DNA of 64,000 nucleotides from positions 31,880,464-31,944,463 of the forward strand of contig NC_043011.1 of assembly GCF_006345805.1 (NCBI RefSeq), in the 5' to 3' direction. The stretch is from Octopus sinensis (taxonomy: Eukaryota). The stretch's first letter is position 1; every line of letters starts with the position of its first letter. Of this stretch, positions 1-12,520 are shown piece by piece. Under the pieces are notes generated by a model. It worked only from the letters and a program-made list of their open reading frames with translations. It ran no database searches and was not told the DNA's origin. The position numbers and the translations under genes are program-made.

Positions 1-119
1 AAGTCCAAGAGAAAACGAAGATGGATGAAAAAATTGCCAACGGTCCACATGTGGTTATATTTAAGTTGAAGTGAGCATTTCAATAATTCTGAAATTAAAA
101 TTCTTATTGCAAGAAAAAT

Positions 120-960
120 CTAATTAAACCCATCTATCCACCTGCTATTACTAGGAAGGTTATGGAGGTAGAGTCTTCGGGCGCACCATCCTCCACAGGG
201 TCCAATTAGAAGTAAATGCCATTAGACTTTCTGGCTGGATTCCCCAGCGTGACCAACTGAGGCTTTGAATATTATCCAACCATCTCATTCTTGGTCCATC
301 TGTAGGTCTAATGCCAGTAGGCTTGGTTTGAGGGACCCACCGCCACCACCGCCGTCGTCGTCATTTAGCATCTGCTTTCCATGCTGGCATGGGTTAGACG
401 GTTTGACTAGAACTGGTGAGCTGGAGGGCTGCACCAGGTTCTGATCTGATTTGGCTTGGTTTCTATGGCTGGATGCCCTTCTTAATGCCAACCACTCCAA
501 GAGTGAGATGGGTGCTTTTTACATGCCAGTTACATGACACTAGCATTGGCCATGATTATGATTTCACTTGGCTTCATGGGGCTTCTCAAGCATGGCATAT
601 TGCCAAAGGCCTGATATTCAAAGGGTGCTTTTCACATGTCACTGGTACAGGTGCCAGTTATGTGACACTGGCATCAGCCATGACTACAATTTCACTTGGC
701 TTGACAGGTCTTCTCAAGCACAGCATATTGCCAAAGGTTTTGGTCACTTTTTATTGCCTCCATGAGGCCCAATGTCAAGTGATTCTTTCCTGTGACATTC
801 TAATCACATATTCATAGTACAAGAGGTGTGACCCCTCAATGTGGAGTAGTCTTGGTTAAGCTTGGAGAGACGCCCTGATCCCTGAGCAATGCATCCTGTC
901 AAGTAATGCTGTTTCAGAAACCCTTTGGAAGGACCCCATTTCAGCCACTTGCATTTGCAA
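120..960 (-). mobile_element. Old RTE-X/Expander-like LINE C-terminal fragment, interrupted by an RTE tail
   Basis: Minus-strand translation LGIQPESLMAFTSNWTLWRMVRPKTLPP resembles RTE-clade C-termini. 781-960 resembles 44140-44310. Confidence 0.45.
350..780 (-). mobile_element. RTE 3' tail fragment with (GAT)n end
   Basis: Similar to the 3' ends at 5200-5363 and 16285-16620 (ggctggatgcccttc...ccaaccactcc motif). Confidence 0.75.
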
Positions 961-1504
961 TCTAATTAAATTAAAACCCACCCCAAAAAGTTAATTTAAA
1001 AAATCTAATTAAAATAAAATCTAAAACTTTAAAATTAATAATCTACTAAGCATCATGTTTAATCTAAATTAAGTTATTTAGATTAATTAAACTTATTTAA
1101 TTTTGCCCATTAGCATTAAGGTTTCTCTATTAAATGTAATGCTTATTTATTCATGTTGTTTTGGATTTATTATGTATTATCTCATGTACATGAGATTTCA
1201 ATGATGTGATTGTTTATTGACATTGTATTATAGGTAGGAGAGGCTGGATCTAGTCGGTTTAAACATAAAACAGGTAGAATATTTGGGCTAGATATGGATG
1301 GTTTAAATGCTATTTACAGAATGGACTAGAAGGCCCTCTCCATAATTTCAGGCTTTGTGCCTATAGCAGAAAGAATTATTCCAAACCAACTGGAGGATAC
1401 AACCAAAAGAATCACTCTGATTGAGACCCCCCCCCCCCCCCAAAAAAAAAACCCCCTTGTTAGACAAGGAAAAGAGTTGAAGACAAAAGACATCAAATAC
1501 TCAC

Positions 1505-1588
1505 ACGCTTGTAATTGCACGGTACCGCTCCTGACCTGCCGTATCCCATATTTGAACTCGCACCACTTTCCCTTTGATGTTCACATTT
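1505..1588 (-). CDS. Rab11: Rab11-family small GTPase, internal exon (interswitch, G3/switch II)
   Basis: ttcttcctgcag| acceptor and |gtgagt donor. The 84 nt encode (R)[27 protein letters not shown](V). The phase-2 start matches the 9501-9612 exon. Confidence 0.95.
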
Positions 1589-1810
1589 CTGCAGGAAGAA
1601 AAATTATACACAACGTATGTCATTATCGGTAGCAGCATCATTGTCCCATTTCCCATGTTGACATGAGTCAAATGGTTTGACAGGAGCTGGCAAGCCAGTG
1701 TATTGCACCAACCTCTACTGTCTGAGATACACTTATGCATATACACACACACACACATATATATATACATACATATATATATATATATACATACGTACAT
1801 ATATATATAT

Positions 1811-4800
1811 GGGTAGATAAAGTAATGGGTAGATAAAGTAATTGAGGTAATCAGAGTATGCGACAGAATACTTAAGATTAGATTAGCACTTCATCATAGT
1901 TTAGCAACCATTATATCAGCCTATGCTCCTCAGTCGGGGCTACCCGATGGACAGAAAGACCGATTCTATGACACTCTACTGCAGACTACCTCGTTGACGA
2001 ATGACAGAGACCTTCTCTTTGTGGCTGGTGACTTCAATGGTCACGTTGGACGACATGCTGGGGGCTTCCACGGCGTACATGGAGGCTATGGCTCTGGTTC
2101 CCGCAACAAGGAGGGAACCAGGCTGCTGAGTTCTGCGATGCAAATAATCTTATGATTTGCAACACTAACTTCAGGAACCTACCAGCCACCTAGTCACCTA
2201 CCGATCGGGCCAACATACCAGCCAAATTGACAACATCCTTGCAGGCAAAGGGAGAGATGGCTACTTATAAATGCCAAAAACCTTCCAGGCGAAGAATGCA
2301 CCCCACAACATAGACTGGTAGTTAGTGACTTTAGGATCAGGAGTAGGAGGACAACCAGAAGAACGACCAACATGGAGAAGAAGGATCTGGAAGCTTAAGG
2401 ATCCTGTGAATGGACAGAGATTTAGAGACATGTTACTTGAAGCCTTTGACGAAGTAGAAGGGGATAGTGTATCACATGGGTAGAGGACAACTGGACGTTT
2501 CTAAGGGACAACCTGCTGAGAGCCACGACCAGATCTGTGGCTGGTGCAAAGTCCCCTCTCGTCCCAAGGTAACGTGGTGGTGGAACAATATTGTAGACAG
2601 GGCTATTAGAGAAAAGAGACAGACTTGGAAGCACTGGAAGAATGGTGGTAGCAGGGAATTGTATCAGACTGCTAAAGGGAAGCTAGGAGACAGGTCTATC
2701 TAGCCAGAGGGGAAGCATAAGAAAAAATTTGCCAATGTTCTGCACGTGAGGACCAAAGACTGGTGTTTTCGCGTTGCAAGACAGTGTGTGAGAGAGAATT
2801 GTGATGTGGTGGGAGAGAAGTGTGTTCGCATGGAAGATGGTTCACTTGCGCTAAACGAGGCAAAGAGAGAGGCTTGGAGACGCCACTATGAAAGGTTGCT
2901 GAATAAAGAAAATGAATGGGATAAAGAGAGTCTGCCGAACGTTGACCCAACAGAGGGACCAGCTATCAGGGTTGATAGTTCCTTAGTAGCTAAGGCAATT
3001 AGAAGCATGAAGACAGGGAAAGCCCCAGGCCCATTAGGTATCACTGCAGAGATGCTCAAAATATCTGGTAGTGTCGGCTATAGCCTAGTATAGTTAATCA
3101 GGTGATACATGAAGGAGTCATACCCAATGACTGGTGTAGCAGCATAATAGTCAACTGCTACAAAGGTAAAGGTGATGCCCTAGATACAAATAATTACAGA
3201 GGTATCAAGCTGCTGGATCAGGTGATGAAGGTTATAGAGAGGGTCATAAGCCAACTAATTAGAGAGAGAGTTAGTTTAGATGAGATGCAGTTTGGTTTCA
3301 TGCCAGGGAAAAGTACCACTGATGCTATATTCCTGGTAAGGCAGCTGCAGGAGAAATACCTAGCCAAAGATAGGCCCTGTACCTGGCTTTTGTTGACATG
3401 GAGAAAGCCTTCGACAGGGTCCCCTGATCCCTCATATGGTGGTCAATGAGAAACTAGGAATAGAATGATGGTTAGTGAGAGCTGTGCAAGCCATGTACAG
3501 GGACGCTGCTAGTAGGTGAGGGTTGGAAATGAGTACAGTGAAGAATTCCGGGTAGAGTAGGGGTCCACCAAGGTTCAGTCCTCAGCCCCCTCCTATTTAC
3601 AGCAATAACGGAGGAATTCAAGACAGGATGCCCTGGGAGCTCCTCTATGCTGATACCTTGCTCTAATTGCTGAGTCAATTATCAGAACTGGAGAAGAAGT
3701 TTCAGGTGTGGAAGCATGGTTTAGAATTGAAGGGCCTTAGAGTCAACCTAGCTAAAACCAAAGTCCTAATAAGTAGGAAGGTAGACAAATCACAAACGCC
3801 TTCAGGTAGATGGCCCTGCTCGATCTGTAGAAAAGGTGTAGGTAGAAACTCTATAAGATGCCCAAGTGTAAGCTATGGACACATAAGAGGTGCAGCAATG
3901 TCATAGGAAGGCTAACTAGGAAGATGGTTTTTGTATGTGGCAGATGCTCGGGAGCATTAACCTCTGAAAATCTGCAGAAAACAACTTCCGTCACTTTCCA
4001 GGGGAAAAACTAGAAGTAGTTGATAGCTTCCGTTATCTTGGTGACCAAGTCAGTAGTGGGGGTGGGTGTGCTGAAAGTGTAACGGCTAGAGTAAGAATAG
4101 CCTGGGCAAAGTTTAGGGAGCTCTTACCTCTGTTGGTGACTAAAGGCCTCTCGCTCAGAGTAAAAGGCAGACTGTATGATGCATGTGTACGAACAGCCAT
4201 GCTACATGGCAGTGAAACATGGGCCGTGACTGCTGAGGACATGCGTAAGCTCGCGAGAAATGAAGCTAGTATGCTCCGTTGGATGTGTAATGTCAGTGTT
4301 CATAGTCGACAGAGTGTAAGTACCTTGAGAGAAAAGTTGGACCTAAGAGGAATTAGATGTTGTGTTGCAAGAGAGACGATTGCGCTGGTATGTCATGTGT
4401 GAGAATGGATGAAGATAGGTGTGTGAAAAAGTGCCACACCCTGGCAGTTGAGGGGACCTGTTGAAGAGGTAGACCCAGGAAAACCTGGGTCGAGGTGGTG
4501 AAGCACGACCTTCGAACTCTAGGTCTCACCAAGGAAACGAGACCAGAGACCGAGACCTATGGAAGTATGCTGTGCGTGAGAAGACCCCGCAAGACCAGGT
4601 GAGAACAATCAAAATCAAATCATATATCAGAAGCAGGGGTTAAGTGACCCATCCGTTCGTGTCCGCTGTCAGCCTTGTCTGGCACCACCCGTGCCGGTGA
4701 TACGTAAAAGCACCATTCGCTCGTGGCCGCTTGCCACTCTGCCTGGCGCCGTGTCGGTGGCACGTAAAAGCACCATCCGTTCGTGTTCGTTGCCAGCCTT

Positions 4801-5363
4801 ACCTGGCCCCGTGCCGGTGACACGTAAAAGCACCGTCCGTTCATGGCCGTTTGCCAGCTCTGTCTGGCCCCGTGTCGGTGGCACGTAAACTCACCATCCA
4901 TCCATCGTGGCCGTTTGCCAGCTCTGTCTGGCCCCGTGTCGGTAGCACGTAAAAGCAAACCGTCCGTGTGTCCGTTGCCAGCCTTGGCTGGCCCCCGTGC
5001 CGGTGACACGTAAAAGCACCGTCCGCTCGGGCCTTTTGCCAGCTCTGTCTGGCACCGTGTCGGTGGCACGTAAAAGCACCATCCGTTCGTGTCCGTTGCC
5101 AGCATCGCCTGGCCCCGTGCCGGTGACACGTAAAAGCACCATCCGTTCGTGGCCGTTCGCCAGCTCTGTCTGGCACCTGTGCAGGTGGCACGTAAAAAAC
5201 ACCCACTACACTCGCGGAGTGGTTGGCGTTAGGAAGGGCATCCAGCCGTAGAAACACTGCCAGATCTGACTGGGCCTGACGAAGCCTTCCAGCTTCACAG
5301 ACCCCAGTTGACCCGTCCAACCCATGCTAGCACGGAAAGCGGACGCTAAACGATGATGATGAT
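1811..5363 (+). mobile_element. RTE-clade LINE copy 1, 5'-truncated and frameshifted (partial APE, RT, PHD insert)
   Basis: ORF fragments 2746-3093, 3102-3449, 3667-3906 and 4133-4402 match copy 2 (EMQFGF, EKAFDRVP, GLRVNLAKTK). Ends in acgctaaac(gat)n and is flanked by (TA)n. Confidence 0.95.
4645..5200 (+). repeat. About 60-bp GC-rich minisatellite (about 9 units) in the RTE 3' UTR
   Basis: Recurrent unit cacgtaaaagcaccatccgttcgtggccgtt(t)gccagctctgtctggccccgtgtcggtgg with substitutions. Confidence 0.9.
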
Positions 5364-5380
5364 ATATATATATATATATG

Positions 5381-5548
5381 TAGGCGTAGGAGTGGCTGTG
5401 TGGTAAGTAGCTTGCTTACCAACCACATGGTTCTGGGTTCAGTCCCAATGTGTGGCACCTTGGGCAAGTGTCTTCTACTATAGCCTCGGGCCGACCAAAG
5501 CCTTGTGAGTGGATTTGGTAGATGGAAACTGAAAGAAGCCCATCGTAT
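5381..5548 (+). mobile_element. tRNA-derived SINE family A, 5' half (similar partials at 8146-8290, 9690-9785, 46180-46310, 50280-50440, 54590-54740)
   Basis: ggagtggctgtgtggtaagtagcttgc...ggttctgggttcagtccc head (A/B-box-like) followed by a microsatellite. Confidence 0.9.
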
Positions 5549-6688
5549 ATATGTATGTATATATATGAAAGAAGGAAATGCAATTTTAAAAGATGTTTAT
5601 TTACTTGACTGGCTTCACTTTTTTAGAAAAAGATTGTCAAAAGTAACATGTAAAAGCTTTGTTGTGTTAGGTACTGGTTGTCACAAAATATAACAATACA
5701 TATATACATTCTTTGATAATAATAATAAGATGTTAAAAACAGTTTACAGAAAAAATTTTTTTGAGAAATTATTAACAAGTTCATAAAACCTAGGATTTCA
5801 TTAAAAATCATGTTTGTTTGGAAATATCTGTATATATATACAGAAAATTCTAAGTTCAAAAAGGTCATATTTTGGTAGTATATATATACACAGAAAGAGA
5901 TATATTTAGTTTACAAAGAATTTTGGATCAACTGACCTGTTTCACAATTTTAAAAATTGACCAATATTTTTCAAGCCATGAACAATTTTCGTCAGAACAA
6001 TGATATAATATGTGGACTTGGAACTTATTGCAAAGCTTCATGATAAACACTTTTTGTCTTCCCATTCTGGGGTCAGTACACTTATTTTTCTGTCTAACCT
6101 CTTTCTTTCTTTCTCTATTTTGTTGATTGTTTTCAACCATCACACCATCTCCAGTACCACCACCATCGCCACCACAACTGCCATACACACACCATTCAGA
6201 CTTCTCATGCCACCACCATCACCACTGTTGTTCACATCCCTTACTATCACCGTCATGTTTGACCACCTCAGCTACCACCACCACAACCACAATTATCAGC
6301 ATGTGAGAGAGGAAGGTCAAAGTGTGACACACTGACACACAGAAATTTGTTCCTGCATTTATTATTATAGACTGTAAAAATAAACACAACTGTTAAGATA
6401 TGTTGCCTTTGTAGAAGTACAACCAATTTACTGCAGATAAATTTTAACAACAAAATTTTATATGGATCCCAGTTGAGAACTTTGGGACTGAAGCAAGGAA
6501 AAGTAATTGCTATAAAATACTGCTTTGACTTGATTTGGGTCCTCAATTCTAGATGGCATCATAGGATCACAGTTATGGTGTACATTGCATCTTAGGTATT
6601 TGCAAACCTAGCAGAGCTCATCCTATTTCAGGTCTGCCAGAGATGATGGATGATTTATCAGAGAAAAAGAATGAGAGAGAGAGATAGG

Positions 6689-6719
<31 letters not shown>

Positions 6720-6819
6720 TATGCATGGCAAAGAATTCAATTTAATGCTGTATTGTTCTAAAGAACTCTACCACTTCACCATCTATACAAAGTATTGTGA
6801 TGAATTGAACAGTACAAAA

Positions 6820-7480
6820 TTATTATTCTTTCCTACCCTAGGCACAAGGCCTGAAATTTTGGGGGAGTGGGCCAGTCAATTAGATCAACCTCAGTACGCA
6901 ACTGGTACTTAATTTATTGACCCCAAAAGGATGAAAGGCAAAGTTGACCTTGGCGGAATTTGAACTCAGAACATAACGACAGATAAAATACCGCTAACCA
7001 TTTTGCCCAGTGTGCTAACATGTCTGCCAGCTCGCTGCCTTTAATAATCTTTTCTACACTAGACAAAAGGACCAAAATTTTGGGGGACAGGGCCAATCGA
7101 TTAGATCTACCCCAGTACACAACTGGTACTTAATTTATTGACCCCGAAAGGATTAAAGGCAAAGTCAACCTCGGCAGAATTTGAACTCAGAATGTAAAGA
7201 CAGATGAAATACTGTTAAGCATTCTGCCTGGCATGCTAACGTTTCTTATTTCTTTATTGCCCACAAGGGGCTAAGCATAGAGGGGTTAAACAAGGACAAA
7301 GGTATTAAGTCGAATACACCGACCCCAGTGCATAACTGGTACTTATTTAATCGACCCCGAAAGGATGAAAGGCAAAGTTGACCTTGGCGGAATTTGAACT
7401 CAGAATGTAACAGCAGACGAAATACCACTAAGCATTTCGCCCGGTGTGCTAACGATTCTGCCAGCTCACAGCTTTTTAGC
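6820..7480 (-). mobile_element. Cluster of three SINE family B copies
   Basis: Three repeats of ccccgaaaggatgaaaggcaaagttgacctcggcggaatttgaactcagaa. Confidence 0.9.
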
Positions 7481-8110
7481 ACAATATTATTATTAAACTT
7501 TATCTTGCTGCATTGTACCAAACAGTAATGCATATAATTATATCATATTGCATTGAAGACAGAAACAGAAAACCAGGTTAACAGATAAATCAATAGATAA
7601 ACACTGATCTTAGTAATGATTCAGTTTAGAAATAAAGACATGTAAGCTATATATGCTGTTTGCTATTCAAGTGTCATCGTCGTCGTTTTAACATCTGCTT
7701 TTCTGTATTTGTATGGGTTCCAGGAAATCAGTTGAGGTAGATTTTCAATAGTCAGATGAGCCTCCAGTTGCCAACTCTTATGCATTTTCAAGCAACGTTA
7801 TATCTCTCTTTGCCTAGATATGTTGTCACTCAAGACTCGAAATGAATGACACTGCTTGTGTGTAGGTGATGTTTGCTTACAGCTGTCACTTGATGTCAAG
7901 AAAAGGTGACGCACACACATATACACATATAGATATACATACATACATATTTGCTTATATGTATATATATGTGTGCATGTGTGTGTGTGTATAAAAGATG
8001 AGGTGGAAATAGCACAGAAGTAAGTCTAAGACATTTCAATTTAAGAAGAAGTTTAATAAAAATAATTTTAAAAAAATTATATAGAGAAAGCATTACTGGT
8101 TTTGTTATAT

Positions 8111-8147
<37 letters not shown>

Positions 8148-8559
8148 CAACAGGCTTCTTTCAATTTCCATGTACCAAATCTACCTACAAGGCTTTGGTT
8201 GATTCAGACATGTAGTAGAAGACACTTCTCCAAGTTAACGTCTAGTGGGACAGAACCTGAAACCATGTGGTTGGGAAGCGAACTTCTGTCTATCTGTCAC
8301 TCTCTGCCTGTGTGTGTGTGTGTGTGTGTGTGTCTGTGTGTGATGCAACTTTGTTGTAAACTAACTATTAGTAGTCTAAGTTAATGAATATTGTCTAATT
8401 AAAAATTATCAGATTACCGTGAGCTGAGTCCACAATCTAGCTCACAACAACAATAACAACCAATCTTTGCCCCAGCTACAACAGACCAAACTCGCCAATC
8501 TACCTGAGATCACATCTGACCGAGTCCCATCAATCGTCTATCCCAATCTACATCAATTT

Positions 8560-9070
8560 CCAGCTCAGCTTCTGTCGATCATCTTTCAATGTTTGTCCTA
8601 GCACCTAAAGAACCAGTCTGCACAGTCTGTCTCAAACTCTTTATTCCCTATGGAGCACAGGCCATTGAAAAATTTTCTCCACTTCTCAACTCTAGATTGT
8701 TTTTTCTGCTTCTCACCAAATGGATCCCTGCTTTTTTATTGCCTATGTTACCTGTACTGTCCTTCCAGTTGCAAACATCATCTTGATGTTTCCTTGAAGG
8801 AAGATTTTCCTCTCCCAGGTCTTGGTTTTCATGTGTCAGCGATTTGCCTTTTTTCTAGGTATAGATGTTTGCTCAATGCAAACCCATTTTTCACCTCCAT
8901 GAAGAGGTGGATCATATCAGTTTGGCCTTAGTCCTTTGGCCTGTTAAGCATGAGAGGCCATTGCCAGAAGCTTATGCTCTGCTGGTGTGGTCTTCAGGGC
9001 CATTGAGACACACAAGTCATCACACTGCCAGAAGGACTGGACCTTGAGGGAGACCAACTGCCCAGTTTAT
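8560..9070 (-). mobile_element. Very old RTE-like LINE C-terminal fragment
   Basis: Stop-riddled frame IHLFMEVKNGFALSKHLYLEKRQ..RPGRGKSSFKET resembles the RTE HLVRM..GRP.K..KD region. Confidence 0.4.
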
Positions 9071-9121
9071 CTCAAACCATATATCTCTCTCTGCTCCCAC
9101 CAACCATCAAACCTCCCTTAC

Positions 9122-9152
<31 letters not shown>

Positions 9153-9500
9153 TCTCTCTCTCTCTCTCTCTCTGTAATATATCTAGGGTAAGTTACCTTG
9201 GTAGAAACCATTTTTTTTGTCCCTAGTGGTACTCATGGTAGGATTTGAAATCAACAATCTAACCTAATAAAACATTTCTTGATAATACAAGTCTCCAATT
9301 GTTTGCCACAGAAACTTGCACCTACAGTTTACGTGCTTATACCAAGGTGCATCATGCAATTTGAGAGTTAACACATTAAAGGATTGTTGACAGTCCAACA
9401 TCCCAAACTTGACCAGCAATGGACTGACTACATAACCTGCCTCTCCAGCAGTGGACCCTACCTAACAGTACATATGATAAGAAACAATGACAACACTCAC

Positions 9501-9612
9501 CTGGTTGCAAATTCAACACCGATCGTACTTTTACTTTCTGAATTGAAGTCATTTCGTGTAAACCTATAAAGTAGGTTAGTCTTTCCGACTCCTGAGTCTC
9601 CAACAAGAACAA
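9501..9612 (-). CDS. Rab11: Rab11-family small GTPase, internal exon (P-loop, switch I)
   Basis: ttattcttgcag| acceptor and CAG|gtgagt donor. The 112 nt encode [38 protein letters not shown] (phase 1 to phase 2). Absent from the ORF track because it is in another frame. Confidence 0.95.
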
Positions 9613-9777
9613 CTGCAAGAATAACAAAACAAACAATTTATTAAATTTTCACTACAGAGAATCAAAGTTTTATTATATTACTGATTAAGGCACAGACGTG
9701 GCTGTGTGGTAAGGAGCTTGCTTACCAACCAAATCCACTCTATAAGTGGATTTGGTTGACAGAAACTGAAAGAAGCC

Positions 9778-9782
<5 letters not shown>

Positions 9783-9827
<45 letters not shown>

Positions 9828-9857
9828 GATAGATAGATAGATATGCATGTATATATG

Positions 9858-9918
<61 letters not shown>

Positions 9919-9921
9919 CAC

Positions 9922-9957
<36 letters not shown>

Positions 9958-9962
9958 CATAT

Positions 9963-10060
<98 letters not shown>

Positions 10061-10165
10061 ACATATATACATAAATATATATCTACATATATATACATAT
10101 GTACATATAAATATACATATATACATACATATATATATATATGTGTGCATATACATATATATGCA
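9783..10165. repeat. (TA)n/(CA)n compound microsatellite
   Basis: Directly visible. Confidence 0.97.
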
Positions 10166-10214
10166 TCAGCATGGCCGTAGCTCTGAGCTGAAACTAGAGA
10201 AAATATATATATAT

Positions 10215-10400
10215 ATATATATAGTTGAAATTTACAGCAAAACAAAAGACGAAGACAGGAGTATGAACAAAAAGCAGGTGTATTAGTCTGATGTTCGGGA
10301 AAGTGAGAAACTCTTTTACATTTCGAGCCTACGCTCTTCAACAGAAAGGAATAAGAGAAAATAAACAGAGAGAGAGAATAAAAAAACAAAAACATGTGGA
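10215..10400 (-). mobile_element. Penelope-end-like repeat; opposite-strand copy at 54390-54570
   Basis: Shared ctttctg(t/c)tgaagagcgtaggctc(g/a)aaatgtaaaag. Confidence 0.6.
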
Positions 10401-10539
10401 TTTAGCTATCAAGCATGATAATACATGCGTGTGTCTTTGTTTCTGTGTTTGTCTCACACCACTGCTTGATAACTAGTGTTGGTGTGTTTACATCCTCAGA
10501 ACTTAGTAGTTCCTATCTATCTCTGATCTAAATCTTATA

Positions 10540-11054
10540 CACTAACCACTAAAACTCAAAAGCAAATTCAGGGAGCCTCTCAGCGTAGTTACTACTCAGC
10601 CTACATCTTAGACCACATCTATCTATCTATCTGTCTGTCTATCTATCTGTCTGTCTATCTTTCTGTCTGTCTATCTTTCTGTCTATCTATCTATCTGTCT
10701 GTCAATCTATCTGTCTGTCTATCTATCTATCTGTCTATCTATCTATCTATCTGTCTGTCTGTCTGTCTGTCTGTAGGTCTGTCTGTCTGTCTGTCTATCT
10801 GTCTGTCAATCAATCTATCTATCTATCTTTCTGTCTGTCTCTGTATGTATGTATGTATGTATGTATCTATCTATCTATCGATCTATCTGTCTACCTACCT
10901 ATCTATCTATGTCCTAAGTCCCATTAACAAACAGTCAGTTCTACCACAGACCATATCTAATCCCCGATCCAGATCCTGTAACTTGACTGCTAGCTTTATC
11001 TCAAATCTCAAAAACAGATTCAGGGACATTCTCAGCCTACATCTTAAGCTACAT

Positions 11055-11098
<44 letters not shown>

Positions 11099-11270
11099 GT
11101 CCTAAGTCCCATCAACAAACAGTCAGTTCTACCACAGATCATATCTTATACCTATTCCAAATCCTACAACCTAACTGCTACCTTTATCTCAAAAAAAAAA
11201 AAAAACCTCAATAACAGATCCAATTCAGGGAATTTCTCAACATAGTTACTACTTGACCTACATCTATGCT
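10540..11270. repeat. Three degenerate related units separated by (TCTA/TCTG)n
   Basis: Recurring attcaggga...ctcagc...ctacatct and cctaagtcccat(t/c)aacaaacagtcagttctaccacaga. Confidence 0.75.
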
Positions 11271-11663
11271 ATAATAAACAATAAATATAACAGCAAAATT
11301 TGTGACAATTAACTCTCTATATGTCACCAAAACAGAGACAGCATATGTTTTAAGTCTTAGATTTTATTAAAAAAAAAACCTGCTTAACAGGCTGAGTATT
11401 TGCTAAAATATGTTAACAACAATTGGTTACTTTGATCTTTGATCTTATAACCACCCTTTCACAGCTTGAGTTCTACTTGAGCTCCTCCTCTTCCTACTCC
11501 TCCTCCTCCTACCACCGCTACAGCTTCTGCTGCTGCTGTTACTCTACTACTACTACTACTGTGGCTGCTGCTACTGCTGTTACTGATATTACTACTTAAG
11601 ATTCACACCTTGTGTTTTTCTTGAATTTACAAACTACTTAGTGTCACAACCAATAGGACACAC

Positions 11664-11702
11664 CTTTGATCAAGCTGAGTTCAAACCCCAACAGCTGTTC
11701 CT
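11664..11702 (-). CDS. Weak candidate for the exon preceding the Rab P-loop exon
   Basis: AAG|gtgtgt donor in the required phase 1 would give EEQLLGFELSLIK|VVLVGDSG, resembling Rab xLxK-VVL. The acceptor lies in a (GT)n tract and there is no in-frame ATG. Confidence 0.2.
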
Positions 11703-12239
11703 CTACACACACACAATACACACACACACACCACACACACACACACACACACCACACACACACACACTCTCTCTCTCTCTCTCTCTCTTCTCTTCTTCTT
11801 TCCTTTCCATCTTTTGTATTTTTTTCTTGTTAAAAAAATATCCATTAAAAAAATAATCATTATTTTGTTTTTGAATCCAAGAAAAATGGGTCAGAGGTGA
11901 CAGCAACATAATTGATGAGAAAATAAAGAGTGTGTATGATGATAGATACATCTGTTTGACTAAAAGGCTTCATCTACACCTTGGACCATTAACTCTTATT
12001 CATTGATGCAAATATACTTTTACAAAAGGAACACCAACAGCCATTGTCTCTTTTTATATTCTAAAAATATAGGCATTTCTTTTTTTCTTCTTTTTCCTCA
12101 TCCTCACCACCCTCATCATTACCCTAAATCTTCAAGAATAGTCTGCCCTTGAGTATAATATGCAGGGGAATTTTACAGGGCTGTACCTCTGAAAAACCTA
12201 AACCTTGTATATAATACGCACCCCTTCTCTAACTTCAGT

Positions 12240-12520
12240 CGTGCGTAATTAAGCCAGCAGCACTTAGTTGAACAAACACTTCCGCACATGCGTAATATAA
12301 TAATGGTGATGTTCTTAACTGTTATATGGGAATGTAAATATATTTGCAAATTGTTTTTGTTACATGTTATTCTGTGTTCTTAATACTTTTATTTTAATAA
12401 ATATTGCTCACTGCAAGTTATGGATGATTCTTTTATGACTTCATTGCTTTCAGGCTTAGCTTAAGGTATTTTCGCGCCTGACATCACAAAATGTGTCTGA
12501 ATAAACATTGCCGGACAGCA
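12240..12520. promoter_or_regulatory. Candidate promoter, possibly bidirectional
   Basis: Unique, locally CpG-richer patch with ETS-like CACTTCCG (12277-12284) abutting NRF1-like GCACATGCGT (12284-12293), and E2F-like TTTTCGCGCC (12469-12478), upstream of the Rab exons. Confidence 0.35.

Noticed and set aside
4620-5320. Overlapping 65-169-aa repetitive ORFs; CRISPR-like look
   Set aside because: These are translations of the 60-bp LINE minisatellite; there are no unique spacers and the DNA is eukaryotic.
12015-12110. Possible Rab first exon (MRKKKKKRNAYIFRI or MAVGVPFVK)
   Set aside because: No donor in the required phase 1 with an in-frame ATG.
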